This document shows positions 1 to 13,200 of a stretch of DNA of 64,000 bases, piece by piece. The notes under the pieces were generated by a model. The model made no database searches. It was not told the origin of the DNA and saw only the letters and a program-made list of their open reading frames with translations. The stretch comes from Hormiphora californensis (taxonomy: Eukaryota > Animalia > Ctenophora). The stretch is from positions 8,184,001-8,248,000 of the forward strand of contig CM035356.1 of NCBI GenBank assembly GCA_020137815.1, in the 5' to 3' direction. The position numbers and the translations under genes were made by a program. Each line of letters opens with the position of its first letter. Position 1 is the first letter of the stretch.

Positions 1-247
1 TGGCAATTATCCTGCTTCACTGTTGGTAAGAAATAGAGATAGAGAGGAAGATATATGGAGAGGGGAGTTGGTAAGCGAAAGAGGGGAGTTGGGTATGTTG
101 TCTTGGTTACAGCTTTGTAGGGAGGTGGACGGGTGGGAGGTGGGAGGGTCAACATGATTTGTGTGCATGCAGGCCATGGTAAATGGGGTCAGGCAAATAG
201 TCTGCAGCAGGGGGTGACATAACCTCTTCCTATATCTACAATCCTAA

Positions 248-1013
248 ACATAACGGGTGATAACTAAAAGATGTCACAAATTTAAAACAGCTGTAGAATT
301 TTTTCCTTTTGAGATACAGCTTCGGGCCAGTTATAAAACGATTTTTCAGACAATTTTGAATCGGAATAATATACCGGCAAAGACTAAACAGTTCGTTTTC
401 ATTGTGATATCACATCATTTCCTTTTGCCCCACCAAAGCATTTAGTACGTGAAATTTACACACTTTTCTAGCACCTCTAGCACCTGTTCTGTTCAAGATT
501 CAGCTTTGGGACAGTGATAGAATAATTTATCAGACAATTTTTAACGAAATTAACTTTGTTTCAAACTTCATAAATCTCAATTTCCTGATCAGAATCTTCT
601 GTAACAAAGCGTAGTTTACAGGTAATTTGAGAAATCACCATTTCGACGATCTCTTGAAACATTAATGAACGTGAAAACCAATTTCTTAATGAGCTAAAAT
701 GTTCAAACTTGGCAGTTATGTTGACTATAGCATGAACAACCAAACCTCCAATTACTAGAATTTTATCTCATCGGAAAAGTCATTTCTGATCACATAGAAG
801 TTTCAAATCTCCGTACTACATGCTTTGGTGGGATAAGATGAAATGATCAGATATCGCAATAAAAATGAACTTTTTAGGTATTGCCGGTATACTATTCCGA
901 TTCAAAATTGTCTGAAAAATCGTTCTATAACTGGTCCGAAGCTGTATCTCATAAGGGAAAAATTCTACAGCTGTTTTAAATTTGTGACATCTTTTAGTTA
1001 TCACCCGTTATGT
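248..1013. mobile_element. Non-autonomous DNA transposon (MITE) with ~195-bp TIRs, Tc1/mariner-like ends
   Basis: 248-~445 (ACATAACGGGTGATAACTAAAAGATGTCACAAATTT...) is the reverse complement of ~816-1013; the mirror-image ORFs 257..445 and 816..1004 result from this; no transposase inside. Confidence 0.8.
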
Positions 1014-1124
1014 CAATACTTATAACAATTATCCACTGATCTCAATTCCCCTCCTTCACGTCCCAATTATGATCCCCATCTGATTACTAACTCCGTCCCT
1101 CCCATTCAGCCGATCAGTGGGTCC

Positions 1125-3750
1125 ATGGAACAACCGACAATAAAAGGGTCAGGATCCACAGCCACGATGGATTACTGTAGTTCTCTAATGAAACTTCTCA
1201 AACCTGAGTCCTTGACCATGAGCCCTCCTAAAACTTCCCCCAAAATGGCGGACAGCACTACCATGAGGTAATTAGCGTTAATTAATTGGTACTTTAATTT
1301 AGCGTTAATTAGTTTCACAACTGCACCTAGGGTGAATGGTTAACTGCTTGCACTTCAGATTTAAGGGGGTAATATTTAATGCTTTTCAATCTTATATATA
1401 CTCGAGGGGGTAGAACACTTTTCGACACCCCTATAAGTCTTGTTTTTGAAAAGCTTTTAAAACCTAATGGGGGGTCCCTACCGTACTTTGTAAGTGGTTT
1501 TGTAGCTTCTACTATATTAATAGCTTTTAGTGTTGAAGAAGTAGCTAAAATGTACGTAAATACAGTGAGGGACGGAACCTGAAAGAGGGAGGGTTTGCCC
1601 CAAGGGGGTGGCATATTATAATTGGGGCCCGGGTATATAATGTAAAACCGCGATCGTAGCTTGGTACGGGAAATAGGGTTCGAGCTCCCATGACACAGGG
1701 CGGGGTCTCCCTCCATTGTATACCGTTTTATAATTGATCCAAGTATATGTTTATCAAATCCGGGCTCTCTCTCTCTCTCAGTTATAATGATGAGTTAAAT
1801 CGTTTTAGCAAGCATGTTCAGCTTGAACAAAACCCCATCACTTATCACCCAATTATCCTTTTATCTGTCCAGCTTATTATTCAATTGAATAGTTACGATC
1901 CTGTTTACAAGCTCATTAAATTTACTGATACATCTTCCTTCCGTCCTCAGCCCTCCACCATTCCACTAACCCTACTCTCCCTTCCTCAGCCCTCAGCCCC
2001 ATTCCACTAACCCCACTCTCCCTCCCCCATTTTACTAACCCCACTCTCCCTCAGCCCTCCAATGAGCGTTCCAAGGGTAGTTGTACCCAACAACAAACGA
2101 CCCCGATCCTCCTCTCCCGCTACCTCCCTAGCAACCACCCTGACGACCGAGGAGTACCTCCAGGTTTGTGATTTTTAAATTCACATTTTTGCCTGACTGC
2201 CCTATCAGTCATGATCTCGATTATAATTATGATCTCTAATGTTATTGAAGTATTATAGACTCGACATGTTTCAAATACCACCCTAATTCCATCTCACTAT
2301 TTCAGAGTATCCTGACACAATCACAGCTACCCGTTTCTCTTGGCCTCTCAACAGCAGTGGCCACCAACAAATACGCTCCCTTCTCCACCTCCTCCCAAGA
2401 TCTAAAACTCCGGCCAGCTGCCACTACTACCACTGTATCCACCGCCCACCACACAACCCCTGCAGGGGGCGGGAGTCCGGGAAGTCCGGTCATCAGTAAC
2501 CAGGACCTCGATAAGATTTGTTCCACTATTACTGGTAAGTTTGGAGATTTAGTTGGAGATTTAATTGGAGATATAATACTGGAGATTTAAATGGACTTGG
2601 AGATTTAATTGGAGATTTAATTCTTTTTCGGCTTCTAGAAAATGCAAAACAAAGTCGACGTCTGACCATCTGACGTCTGTTATTTTCTTTTGAAACCATC
2701 TACCATTCCAAGTTTGGTAAAATTGGCCAGCTCCCACACACCTAGCCCTTCTGTAAAAACAACAGAGTGCCAAATCTCTAGTTGGTCTGCCACCTGAGCA
2801 TTCTGTGCATACACACACACACACACACCGAGATGTGATCAAGCCATTTTTAGAATAGAGACGGTTGTCTTAATTATCAGGTCCCCCCGCGCCATTATTA
2901 TACTGAAACATTCTTACTATTACCAAGAGTCTTAGTTCTATAATTCATGATCTTTATCTTCCATACATCAAGTATAATAAGGCGCCCCATCAATCTAACC
3001 CAGATAATTTCCTTATTTCAGAGAAACTACTCGACTACTTCCAAGCAAGGGACCAGGCTTTCATGAGTTTGTCTGAAAAGAGGATGAGGCTGGAAGAGGA
3101 AAGGGAACGGAAAAGGGTGGAGAGAGAAGCAGAAATTGAGCTGAAACGACACCATCTTATTGTAAAGGTAATTGTTCAACTGAGTGGCTCTAATATCCCG
3201 GCTGATATCTTTTACCGATAATCATGGTGTTGGGATAGCTGTTTTAGCAGTAGCACTAGTTGAGACAAGGGTGCTTGTGGAAGTATTACGTAAGGTCAGA
3301 TCTTGTGTAGGAGCTATATAATTTGATCAGATTAGGATCTGGTGCAAATATTGTGCAGTTACCGGGAGGTTAGGTTATAATAGTAGGCTGAAAAATGTTG
3401 CACTAAGCAAAGTTAGATCTGTCCAATTTCCGGTGCCTATACTTGGGATTACCAGCTAGTTTCTTGGCAACCACCCAAAATAAACAGAATGATGTTGTTG
3501 AACCAACCCGGTTCAGCGCCAGTGGTGCTGCAGCATGCAACAATATAATCTAGGCAATCAATCAATTCTGCAGAATACTGACCCCCTTTTCCTTTTCTAG
3601 GTGTGTGAATTGATAACAAACCGTTGTTCGAATGGCTCAGCAAGCCCCGATCACATTATGACTTCCCCGCCATCTCCAGCCGATTCCCCAGTTCCTCCTT
3701 CCTCTGTTACCTCTCCACCTCGCGCAATCGCCATGGCAACGGAGAGCTGA
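1125..3750 (+). CDS. Spliced gene, Ser/Pro/Thr-rich protein with a C-terminal coiled coil (possibly the C-terminal part of a Myb/SANT/trihelix-like protein); may have further 5' exons
   Basis: Exons ~1110-1267, 2055-2163, 2306-2534, 3021-3167, 3601-3750 with GT-AG ends and consistent phases; reads MEQPTIKG...EEYLQ/SILTQ...STIT/EKLLDYFQARDQAFMSLSEKRMRLEEERERKRVEREAEIELKRHHLIVK/VCELIT...AMATES*. Family assignment is inference. Confidence 0.75.
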
Positions 3751-4618
3751 GGAGCTGATAATGACGTCATGATATGACTCAAATCAAGACGAAACACGTG
3801 TTGTGGAGATGATTTGTTGGTTCTCAACAAACTAGATGATGGGATAGGAAGTACAGACCAGATCATTGCTTGAATTGAAATTAGTTTATCAATTAATCGG
3901 GCATGGGAGACTGTGTGGCAAGCCTTTTGTTCCATGTCAAAATAATACTAGGGCTCAGGGACAAGATCAATGAACTCTCTCGCGTGTGAAATATAGATCT
4001 AGAATTAGATAGTTGATTTGCTTATTTGTTTCACAAGCATAATTGCAGTGTGAATATTGGTATAAATATATCATTGAGTATAAATAAGAGATGTGAGTGT
4101 GAGTGGTGCTGTTTAAGTTATCAATATCATTATGTTTTGATCAAACGATATCAATTATTACTAACAATTAATTACGTCGTACTCTCAACTCTGTCTGGCG
4201 CCGCGACCCATCTGAGCGCACTGTCATACAGGTCGTACTAATGAGTACCACTAATAATATCAGAAGCTTCCACTTAAGAGTAAAGGAAAAATAACCGAAA
4301 GGCCAAGGGCTCTCTTTCATTCTCGAAATCCAATGAGAGAGCTGTGCACTTGTCAGCGCAGGATTTGTATTGTCTGTAAACCTTGCGCGCATGGCATTGT
4401 ACCGCGCGAATAATAAATTTCTGCGCAGCTTTTATAATCCGCGCACCGCGCGCGAACTTGAAAAAGTATTTTCAATTTCTGAACTCAAGCTGAGCTGAGT
4501 TTTCAAAAATATTTCCAAAAGTGGCTGAAGCTCAGTTTTTATTCGTTTTGCTCCATTTCACGTTTTGGTTGGTTCTGAAATTCAAAGTCTGAAACAAAGT
4601 CTTTCCTCAAGTTTCAGA

Positions 4619-7600
4619 ATGAACACCCTTCAGATTTTCGTTCTTTTATTTTGTCAGATTTTCAGCTGCAATACTTGGGATTATTGTATCATTGGCGCTG
4701 GGCCCGGAGGTAATCTATCTCGTTAATTAACCAAACATACAAAACCAGTCACAATTTATATCATCGAAAATCCCAGGTTTACAACTTGCGTACTATCTTC
4801 AAAAAGTTGGACTAAACTATGTTGTCTTGGAACGAAACAGCGTACCAGGTAATTTCATTCTTACAACGATCCAAATGAATTACTGCACCGAACTCCCCAG
4901 AATTTACAACTGGCATGACATGATAATAGAACTAGAACCAGACACCTGCAATAACTAGTGGCCATATTACAGCCTCCATGTCCATTTACGTTTATTGTTC
5001 CCCCAGGATCGTTTTTCGAGTTGTATCCACGTCGTCGGACCCTCATTTCCATCAACAAGCGACACACGGGTGAAACCAACTCTGAGTTCAATATGCGGCA
5101 CGATTGGAACAGTCTGCTGAGCGATGACCCAGAGCTAGTGTTCAAGCACTACAGCAAAGAGATGTTCCCCCACGCTGACACTTTGGTGAGTAAAATATAG
5201 AAATGCTAGGGCCTGTCTGACATAGTATCAATTCAATCTATCATGACACGATGCTGTAACTTGCTTAGTTTAGCCACCACTGCTTGTAACCATGATCTTG
5301 TCTGCCAGTGAGTTCACTAAGACTTGTTCATGTTGCCTAGCTCAACCCCCTTTTCGTGGGCTGCACAAAACAAAACAAGAGATTTGACCAGTTTTGAGAC
5401 ATCACATTTGTTATTCGTAACTTCATTCAGTTACATTACCTAAGTGACTACGTGGAGAAGGGCCGTCTGAATGTGCAGTACAACACCACCATAGTCCGAG
5501 TACTTCAGGAACACGCCGAATCTTTTACTCTTCTCACCGAGGAGTATCCTTTTACCTACTCCTGTCGATTTGTGGTTGTGAGGTAAGATAAGGGAGAAAA
5601 GAGAGGCTGAGAGAGAGGCTGAGAAAGAGAGGGAGAGAGAGAGGGAGGCTGAGAAAGATTCAGAGAGAAGTAGATGAAGTCGAAGAGGCTTGAGAATCTC
5701 TAGTAAAAGAGATGAGAAGATCCGAGTGTAGCTTGAGCAGGAAGCAAAAGCCGCGAAGGACCGATTAGTTGCGTAATAAATTATAGGAGGTCCAATATTT
5801 TTCAATATCTTTCTGAATTTCTCATCATCCGACATGAAGATAAATTCGGCACAAAACAGAAATTGCAACAGTTAGATCCCCCCGATGATCTTATTCTCCC
5901 CAATTGGCAATCAATTATCAGCATGTGTATAATCCTGCACTGTGTAAATGACGTGTATTTTCAGTACTGGTATTTCCGTGCTCAATAAGCTCGTGTACGA
6001 AAAGAAGGGACTTATTCAGGTTGGTACTTTGAACTCATTTCCGTCTCTACTAACTACTTTTACTTTACTTGATTCTTTCTCTTATTCATCTGTGTACCCT
6101 AGGTTTACCCTCTGTCGACCTCTCTCTCTATCTCTCCCTATCCCCCTCTCTCTGATCTCTCTTCCCTCCCGATATTCTTCTCTCTCTCTCTCGCTCCCTT
6201 TCTTATTGCCCATATACTGTCGTGATTTTGGTAGTAATGCCGCCAAGTTGGTCTATATTTCTCAAATATTATTTGAATCGATTCTGAACTCCAATGGAAG
6301 TGAGTTTACTAAAGTATAGGGATATTAAAAGGATGCATTTATGTAAATCAGTAATTACAAATTCCATTACTCTGCTATTCTTATGTGTACTTAGGGTCTA
6401 TTTCGATTAAAACCGCTCTTGCGTACGGCGGAAATAATTGTCCTATGGAGAGAGGAGACTAGGAGAATGAAGGGCCGGTAGACTGAGAGAGCAAGTAGTT
6501 TAGTATAATAGAGGAAAACTGGGAGGGAATACAGGATAAGACTGAAGGAGTAGAGCGATTAAAGGAGGGAAGAAAAAGAGGCCAAGATTCAAAATCTTCT
6601 GATTTTGGATTCCATGATTTTGAACGGGTGCCTGATCGTCCCCTACCCCCGGCCCATCTAAGGTCTATACCGACAGGAATACACGAGTTATATATTGTTT
6701 AACAGACACGTGGTGAAGAAGAATGGGGGCAGGTTAATTACAGTTGCTAATGACCATGTTATGATCCGCTTTGATCTACCCCATATGCCCCTGTTTAGGC
6801 CGCCACATACCCTGAAAGAGCTGCTCCCTACTGCGTGGGCTCAAGATATCACCACATCAGCCTTTTAGTAGTTGCTATGGCAACAAATAGTAACATTATC
6901 AAGCTGTTACGTGTTAAACGATACATGTGGGATCATCACAAATCTTAAAGATATATCTCTCAGCTCAGATCTTTAGCTGGTACACCGGCTTTTATGGGGG
7001 CTAATAATATATCTATAGATAGAGGGTTTACCATCATTTTATGAAATCATATGTCTCTTACAAGCAGTCTATCATCATGGTATTTCTCGTAGATATCCAG
7101 CATAGCAGTTCCTATCGACTGAGGATCCGGTTCTAATTGGCAATTATGGCACCACGTGGATCAACTACATATCTAGCTCATATCAACTACATATCTCATT
7201 ACCTTCTCTTGTCCCTCATATTTGGTCTATCCTCAAGTCACTTCGTCTATCGTCAACTCTCTTCGTCTATCGTCAAGTCTATTTCCATAATATGAAGCAA
7301 CCTTCCATATAATAATTTCGAAATCAAAAGGTAAGTTGAGAACATGAATCATGCTGCCAGACCAAACCCAAAGAACCGAGACAAACCCCGCAAAACCAAC
7401 CTCCAAACCAAACAACCACCAAACCTCCACAAAACCTCCAAACCTCCACCAACCTCCAAACCTAAACGCAACCTTAACCACACCTAACGCCGTCAAACAC
7501 CAAGAGATCCGGAACAGCGGAAAGACCGAGACCCTCCGTCCACTAAGATGGTAAATGTGGACACTCGCCAGAAACCTAGACTCAGATCGAACTCATCAGC

Positions 7601-9906
7601 CGTAAACCTGACACCGTTTCGGGGCTTTAATTCGGTACGGGTACACAATGTACTAAGTCAGGCGCCCCGGCAATCTCGATAATCTGAGACCACCGTTCGA
7701 TCTATACCCAGTTGCCCGGAATGAATGTGTCGACTGGGGTCCCTCACTGCCTCCCCCTTTGACAGGTTTATGACAGTAAGGGTACACCCGTCCAAACACA
7801 CAGTACACACTCCACTGCGAGGGTGAGTCTCAACCACTTCACTGCCTCCACTACTCCACATTCCTGTACTCCCACTCCTTCTTCGCCGACTGGAAGTAGA
7901 TCCACATGGAACAGTGAGCAGCCTCTTTCCCCATATCCTTAACCAGCTTCCTAAGACCCCTCCCTCTAAACCCAAGACGAGAAGCTGCTCTAACCAGACT
8001 ATCCGCCACCTGCCCTCGAGCCCCAACCTCTACCGCCATATTAAAACACCTCCACCCATTAGACTCACACTCCCTCTCAAGGTCCGTGTACCGTTCAATC
8101 TTGAGAGTATGGGCATCCCCTATTCTCTCTTCTGCAGGGCAAGTGAGCTCCCACCAGATCACCGTCTTTACCCGGGTTCTAATTGCCAATTATGGCACCA
8201 CGTGGATCAACTACATATCTAGCTCATATCAACTACATATCTCATTACCTTCTCTTGTCCCTCATATTTGGTCTATCCTCAAGTCTCTTCGTCTATCGTC
8301 AACTCTCTTCGTCTATCGTCAAGTCTATTTCCATAATATGAAGCAACCTTCCATATAATAATTTCGAAATCAACAAATACTCTGTTGAGATAATTAAAGT
8401 TTCTTCCGGCAAGATGTTCAAATAAAACTCGGAGATTTACCTATTATCTCTACTGTCTGTAACAGACTACTACTATCATACGGCCGCACGGCTCATAAAC
8501 AATTATCTGACACTTATCCTGTTAAATCTTTATCCTGGTCCATTACTCTGCAATAAAGCAAATCTGTGTCTGAATCTCATTTCCTTTTCGGATGAGAATT
8601 AAAAAGGTATTACCACGTACCGCAGCCCATTAGGTGATTATGATGTACATTATTACTACTGGTCTAGCATGGTAACTACCGTGAGAATAGTGTGATCACG
8701 TACCATGTTGCTATGGTTACATTGCACATTATAGGATGCAGATAATCGAGGGAACCTAGGAATCCAGATCAGGGATTATATGTGAGACGCAATCAGCTAG
8801 GTAGGTCCCATCTAAGAAATGTATAATAGTAGCCCATATTGATACTCCAGCTAGTGTACTTGTAGGTTGGCTAATACTACCTAGATCGTTATGTAGTTGG
8901 TGGTTAAAAAATCGAGTACACGAGACGACCACCACCCCACAAATGTAAGACGTTCGTTTTTACCTCTTGAAAAGCGGGAGAGAAAGATATGCATATAAGT
9001 GGTGCTCGAACACCTGAAGACATATTCTAAACAATATATTCATTCATTTCCTGGTCCCTTCCTCTCATATGAATACTCTACCTTTCTTTCGTCCACAATC
9101 GATTGTAGAAAATCTGTTCCTTCCTCTATGTTGAATCAAATACCACCCTTAGTCTAAAACTAGGGCTTCCTGTTCTTGATGTTTTGGAGTACGGATGGAA
9201 CAAACGAACATGCTCTTCCCCATGTCTTACTTTTCATCCTCCATCTCTCTCTCTCTCTCTCTCTCTTCCTCTCTCCGTCCTCTATATCCCTCCCTATCTG
9301 CTTGATGCATCTCCGAGACAGTACCATTACACTTGAGTGTTAACCCAAGAGACACCTAGTAGCCTGCTGCAGTCACTAACACATTCGATAATACTGCACT
9401 CAGCTTGGTGCTAAGATTCACAAGTCTCCCTGAGAACGCAGGCCCATTCTCTCTCTCCCTCCGACATAAATTATGATGAATACTATTTGATGAATACTAT
9501 TTGAGACAATATGATGAATACTATTTGAGACAAGGCCGGGCCAGTGAGGGAGTAATGATGTTGGGGGCCACATACTGGTCCACACTAGAGCGAGAGATAT
9601 TCGGCTCGTTTCGAGTGGGCCTCTGTGGCCAGATAAGTAAGAATTTGGATCGGACCAGTAAGAAACAGCCTGGATCAAAGAAATTGCAATCTAGGACACT
9701 GCAACTAAAAGGTTTAGGGATTTAGCTGATAATTTTATGTGTGAAATGCCAAAACACCGCTGTCCGCGACCCTTCTCTCCTTCAGCTGTCCAAGTATCGA
9801 TACATCAGATATTATTTAAGTTGGTTAGGGGCACGTTTTTCTTATCTGCTACAGTGTTTAGACATGCTCTAGTGCAGCGTTTCTATGTCTTCTCTTTCCC
9901 TGTCTA

Positions 9907-9967
<61 letters not shown>

Positions 9968-10173
9968 AGTCTGACAGAAGTGTCTAAAGCTTCCGTCTAG
10001 GAAAATTGCTTGTTCTAGAGTTAATTCAACCCATCACATCAAATAAAAAACACGGTTTATGACGAAAGTATTTGGTCTACACCCATTTCAAGATCAGGAT
10101 CTTTGATCTTGATCTCCTCAAACTCAACCTAACTTTTCTAGTATCAGTATCGCCAGAAAGTGGGAAAATTACA

Positions 10174-10271
<98 letters not shown>

Positions 10272-13200
10272 AACGAGCTATCACATTGCATGTTGAGGGG
10301 ATGATCCCTGTATTGATCTCACGTGGTTCGAAGTTTGGTCAGGCATAGAAGACTCGGGATGTTACAAAGGTGAACAAATTTCAATAGCAAAACAGACGTT
10401 TCGGCGTAAAATAGCCCTCATCAGTGAAAGAAATAAACTGTTCATAGTGACACACATTTATAGCCCGACACTTGACACTCGAGTGTCAAGTGTCGGGCTA
10501 TAAATGTGTGTCACTATGAACAGTTTATTTCTTTCACTGATGAGGGCTATTTTACGCCGAAACGTCTGTTTTGCTATTGAAATTTGTTCACCTTTGTAAC
10601 ATCCCGAGTCTTCTATGCCTGACCAAACTTCGAACCACGTGAGATCAATACAGGGATCATCCCCTCAACATGTCTCTACCACGGACGGTGTCATCAGCCC
10701 TACACAGCTGATCCAGAGCTATCACATTGCAATATAATCGCACCTGGGCCGATCTTGCATGAGACACTGTAATAGCTCAGATTCACACAGCCATGATAAC
10801 ATTCGTCAAGACATAATATTTTCTCCCCACCCTCTTTCAATCTCCCCGTTTTCCCCAAACTTCAATTCACTGTGATTTTTCTAATTAGGAAAATTGAATA
10901 TGGATAATCCATATCCATCTTTTTATACTGACCAATTACCAGCTAATTACTAATTACCGACTAATTACAGGGATACGATACAGTTTCACACGATCCAGAG
11001 AGCTACGAAGGAAAGAAAGTTCTCATTTTAGGAAAAGGTAAACCACCTTGCACACTATTTTAACTGTTTAGTTGTTCAAACTGGGCCGCGGGATGATTGT
11101 GTCAATGCTGGGGCTTTTTTCTCAGGCCATGGGACACTTGCCAGGCCACGGGACACTTCCTAGTTCAGTGACTCAAAGTATGTATGGTCAACTTCAAAAT
11201 TTGCTATTTTTGTACACACATACAGCTGTTGTACTTTTGGCCCACTCGTACAATTTTAAATGACCGGATGCGTTTCTAATTGGGTTCAGGGTATAACACC
11301 CAAAACACACTGCAACAATTTAATATGGGTGTTTCCACACCCAAACCAACTGGGCCGTGAGAATGGTGCACAATTGGGTGTGAGTTAATTGTACTGTGTG
11401 AATCGTGTTTCATTTCCCGAATTGGTGTAGAACACTAGCCAGCAGTACTAGACCAGGTGATACAACTGGAAACTCTTCCCCAGGTAACTCGGCCTTTGAG
11501 ACTGCAGATCTTATCTACGGGAGGACGGACTACGTTCACCTTCTTTCCAGGTATTATAGATCTCAGATTGGATCAATACATCTTTCCCTCTTTTATGTCT
11601 TCTTTAAAATGTAGTTCATGCAGCTCAATTTTCGTCCCTCCAGCTGCTAGATTTTTTTCTCCACATTTCCACTCCATCCCATTTTATCTCCAGAGATCGG
11701 GTCAAATTATCCTGGAACACTCATTACGTCGGGGATGTGAGAGGAGTAAACAATAACCTACTGGATACCTATCAACTCAAATCCCTTGATGCTCTCATGG
11801 GTATGATTTAATAGTATTAAATAATATTAGTAATGCTATGATTATGTTTTGTGGACAAATATCATGCTTAGGTAGATATATTGGATGATTGCTTACTTGC
11901 TAAGATATTTTAAGTATGTATAATCTTCCATAAAAATGCCAATTAAATGGATTAAAGAGCCTATACTAGCCAATAATCATTATTCATTTATCCATTGAAA
12001 CATAATAAAATACACTACTTACATATAATATATGTACTATACTAGCCTAACAGACTGAACTCTAATTCGATTGTTTTTTCACTTAAAGACAGACATTGAA
12101 TTAACTCGATCGTCGACAGATTATTGATTGTCCTATAACATCAAAGCCTAAAGATATCTCAATTTGTAGAATATTATTGTACTAATACTTTATAATAATC
12201 TCTATTTCTCTCTTCCCCTCTCAATAGTAACCCATGTTGTGTTTTAGAGGCGGACCTCAATGATGACAGCACGGAGTTTGAAGAAAGGAATGGGCAGATA
12301 TACATCTCCCAAGTGGACCATCATGGAAGATATGAAAGGGGGCCCTTACGATGTCGTTATCAACTGCCTCGGTTTCAAGGTTCATAATTGGTCTGTCTGT
12401 CTGTTTGTAGGTTCTTTGTTTTTTGTCTGTCTGTTTGTCTGTTTGTTAGGTTGTCTTTCTGTTTGTTGGTCTGTCTGTTTTTCGGTTGTCTGTTTGCCTA
12501 TTCAAGTATTCGAAAGGTTTTCTATTCTGGTATTCATGCAACCATTAGCATAATATGGTTCCCCCACATCCCCCAGACGTAATTTCGAGGTTTGAAAGTA
12601 GGCCGGGTTGTCTGTCCTAATATATACTGGTTCCAACTACTAAAAACGTCAGATAATTGTTAAACTGCTGTTAAACAATCTACAAATATATTGCCCTGAT
12701 ACATAAATATAACGACATAAAGTTTCACCTTACGGCATATCCCATGCTCGCATGTCCCCCCCTCTGCACGGCATGATGGACAATTTCCACTGACGTAATC
12801 TGCAGAACGTCCCTCCTGTATAATTCCTGTAATACCCTCCTCCTAGCCTCCTCCTCCCCCTCCTACCCTCCCCTATGAAACATTGAAACGACCTCCTGTC
12901 TGATTCCTATAATATCATCTCCTCCCCAACCCCACTAGTATGAAACAACCCCGTCCTGATCCATACCAATCCCGCAGTATGACGCTGCCCCGCTGGCCAA
13001 CCTGACCGGTATAACGGAAACAGAGAAATACCCAGAAATGGGATGGGACTTTCAGTCTACCACCATTCGAAATCTTTACTTCGGTAAGTATACTTTCCTA
13101 TTGGAATTGGAACACTGCTCATGTAACAATGTGGTTCAGAACACACGCACTTGGATTAACTTCAATCATTACATGTGCCCAATTAAACATTGCTAGCGAA

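Noticed and set aside
257-1004. Pair of similar 62-aa ORFs as duplicated genes
   Set aside because: Produced by the two TIRs of one MITE.
6678-6868. Open frame [11 protein letters not shown]...TTSAF* in the FOXRED2 intron
   Set aside because: No recognisable motif or connecting exons; insufficient support.
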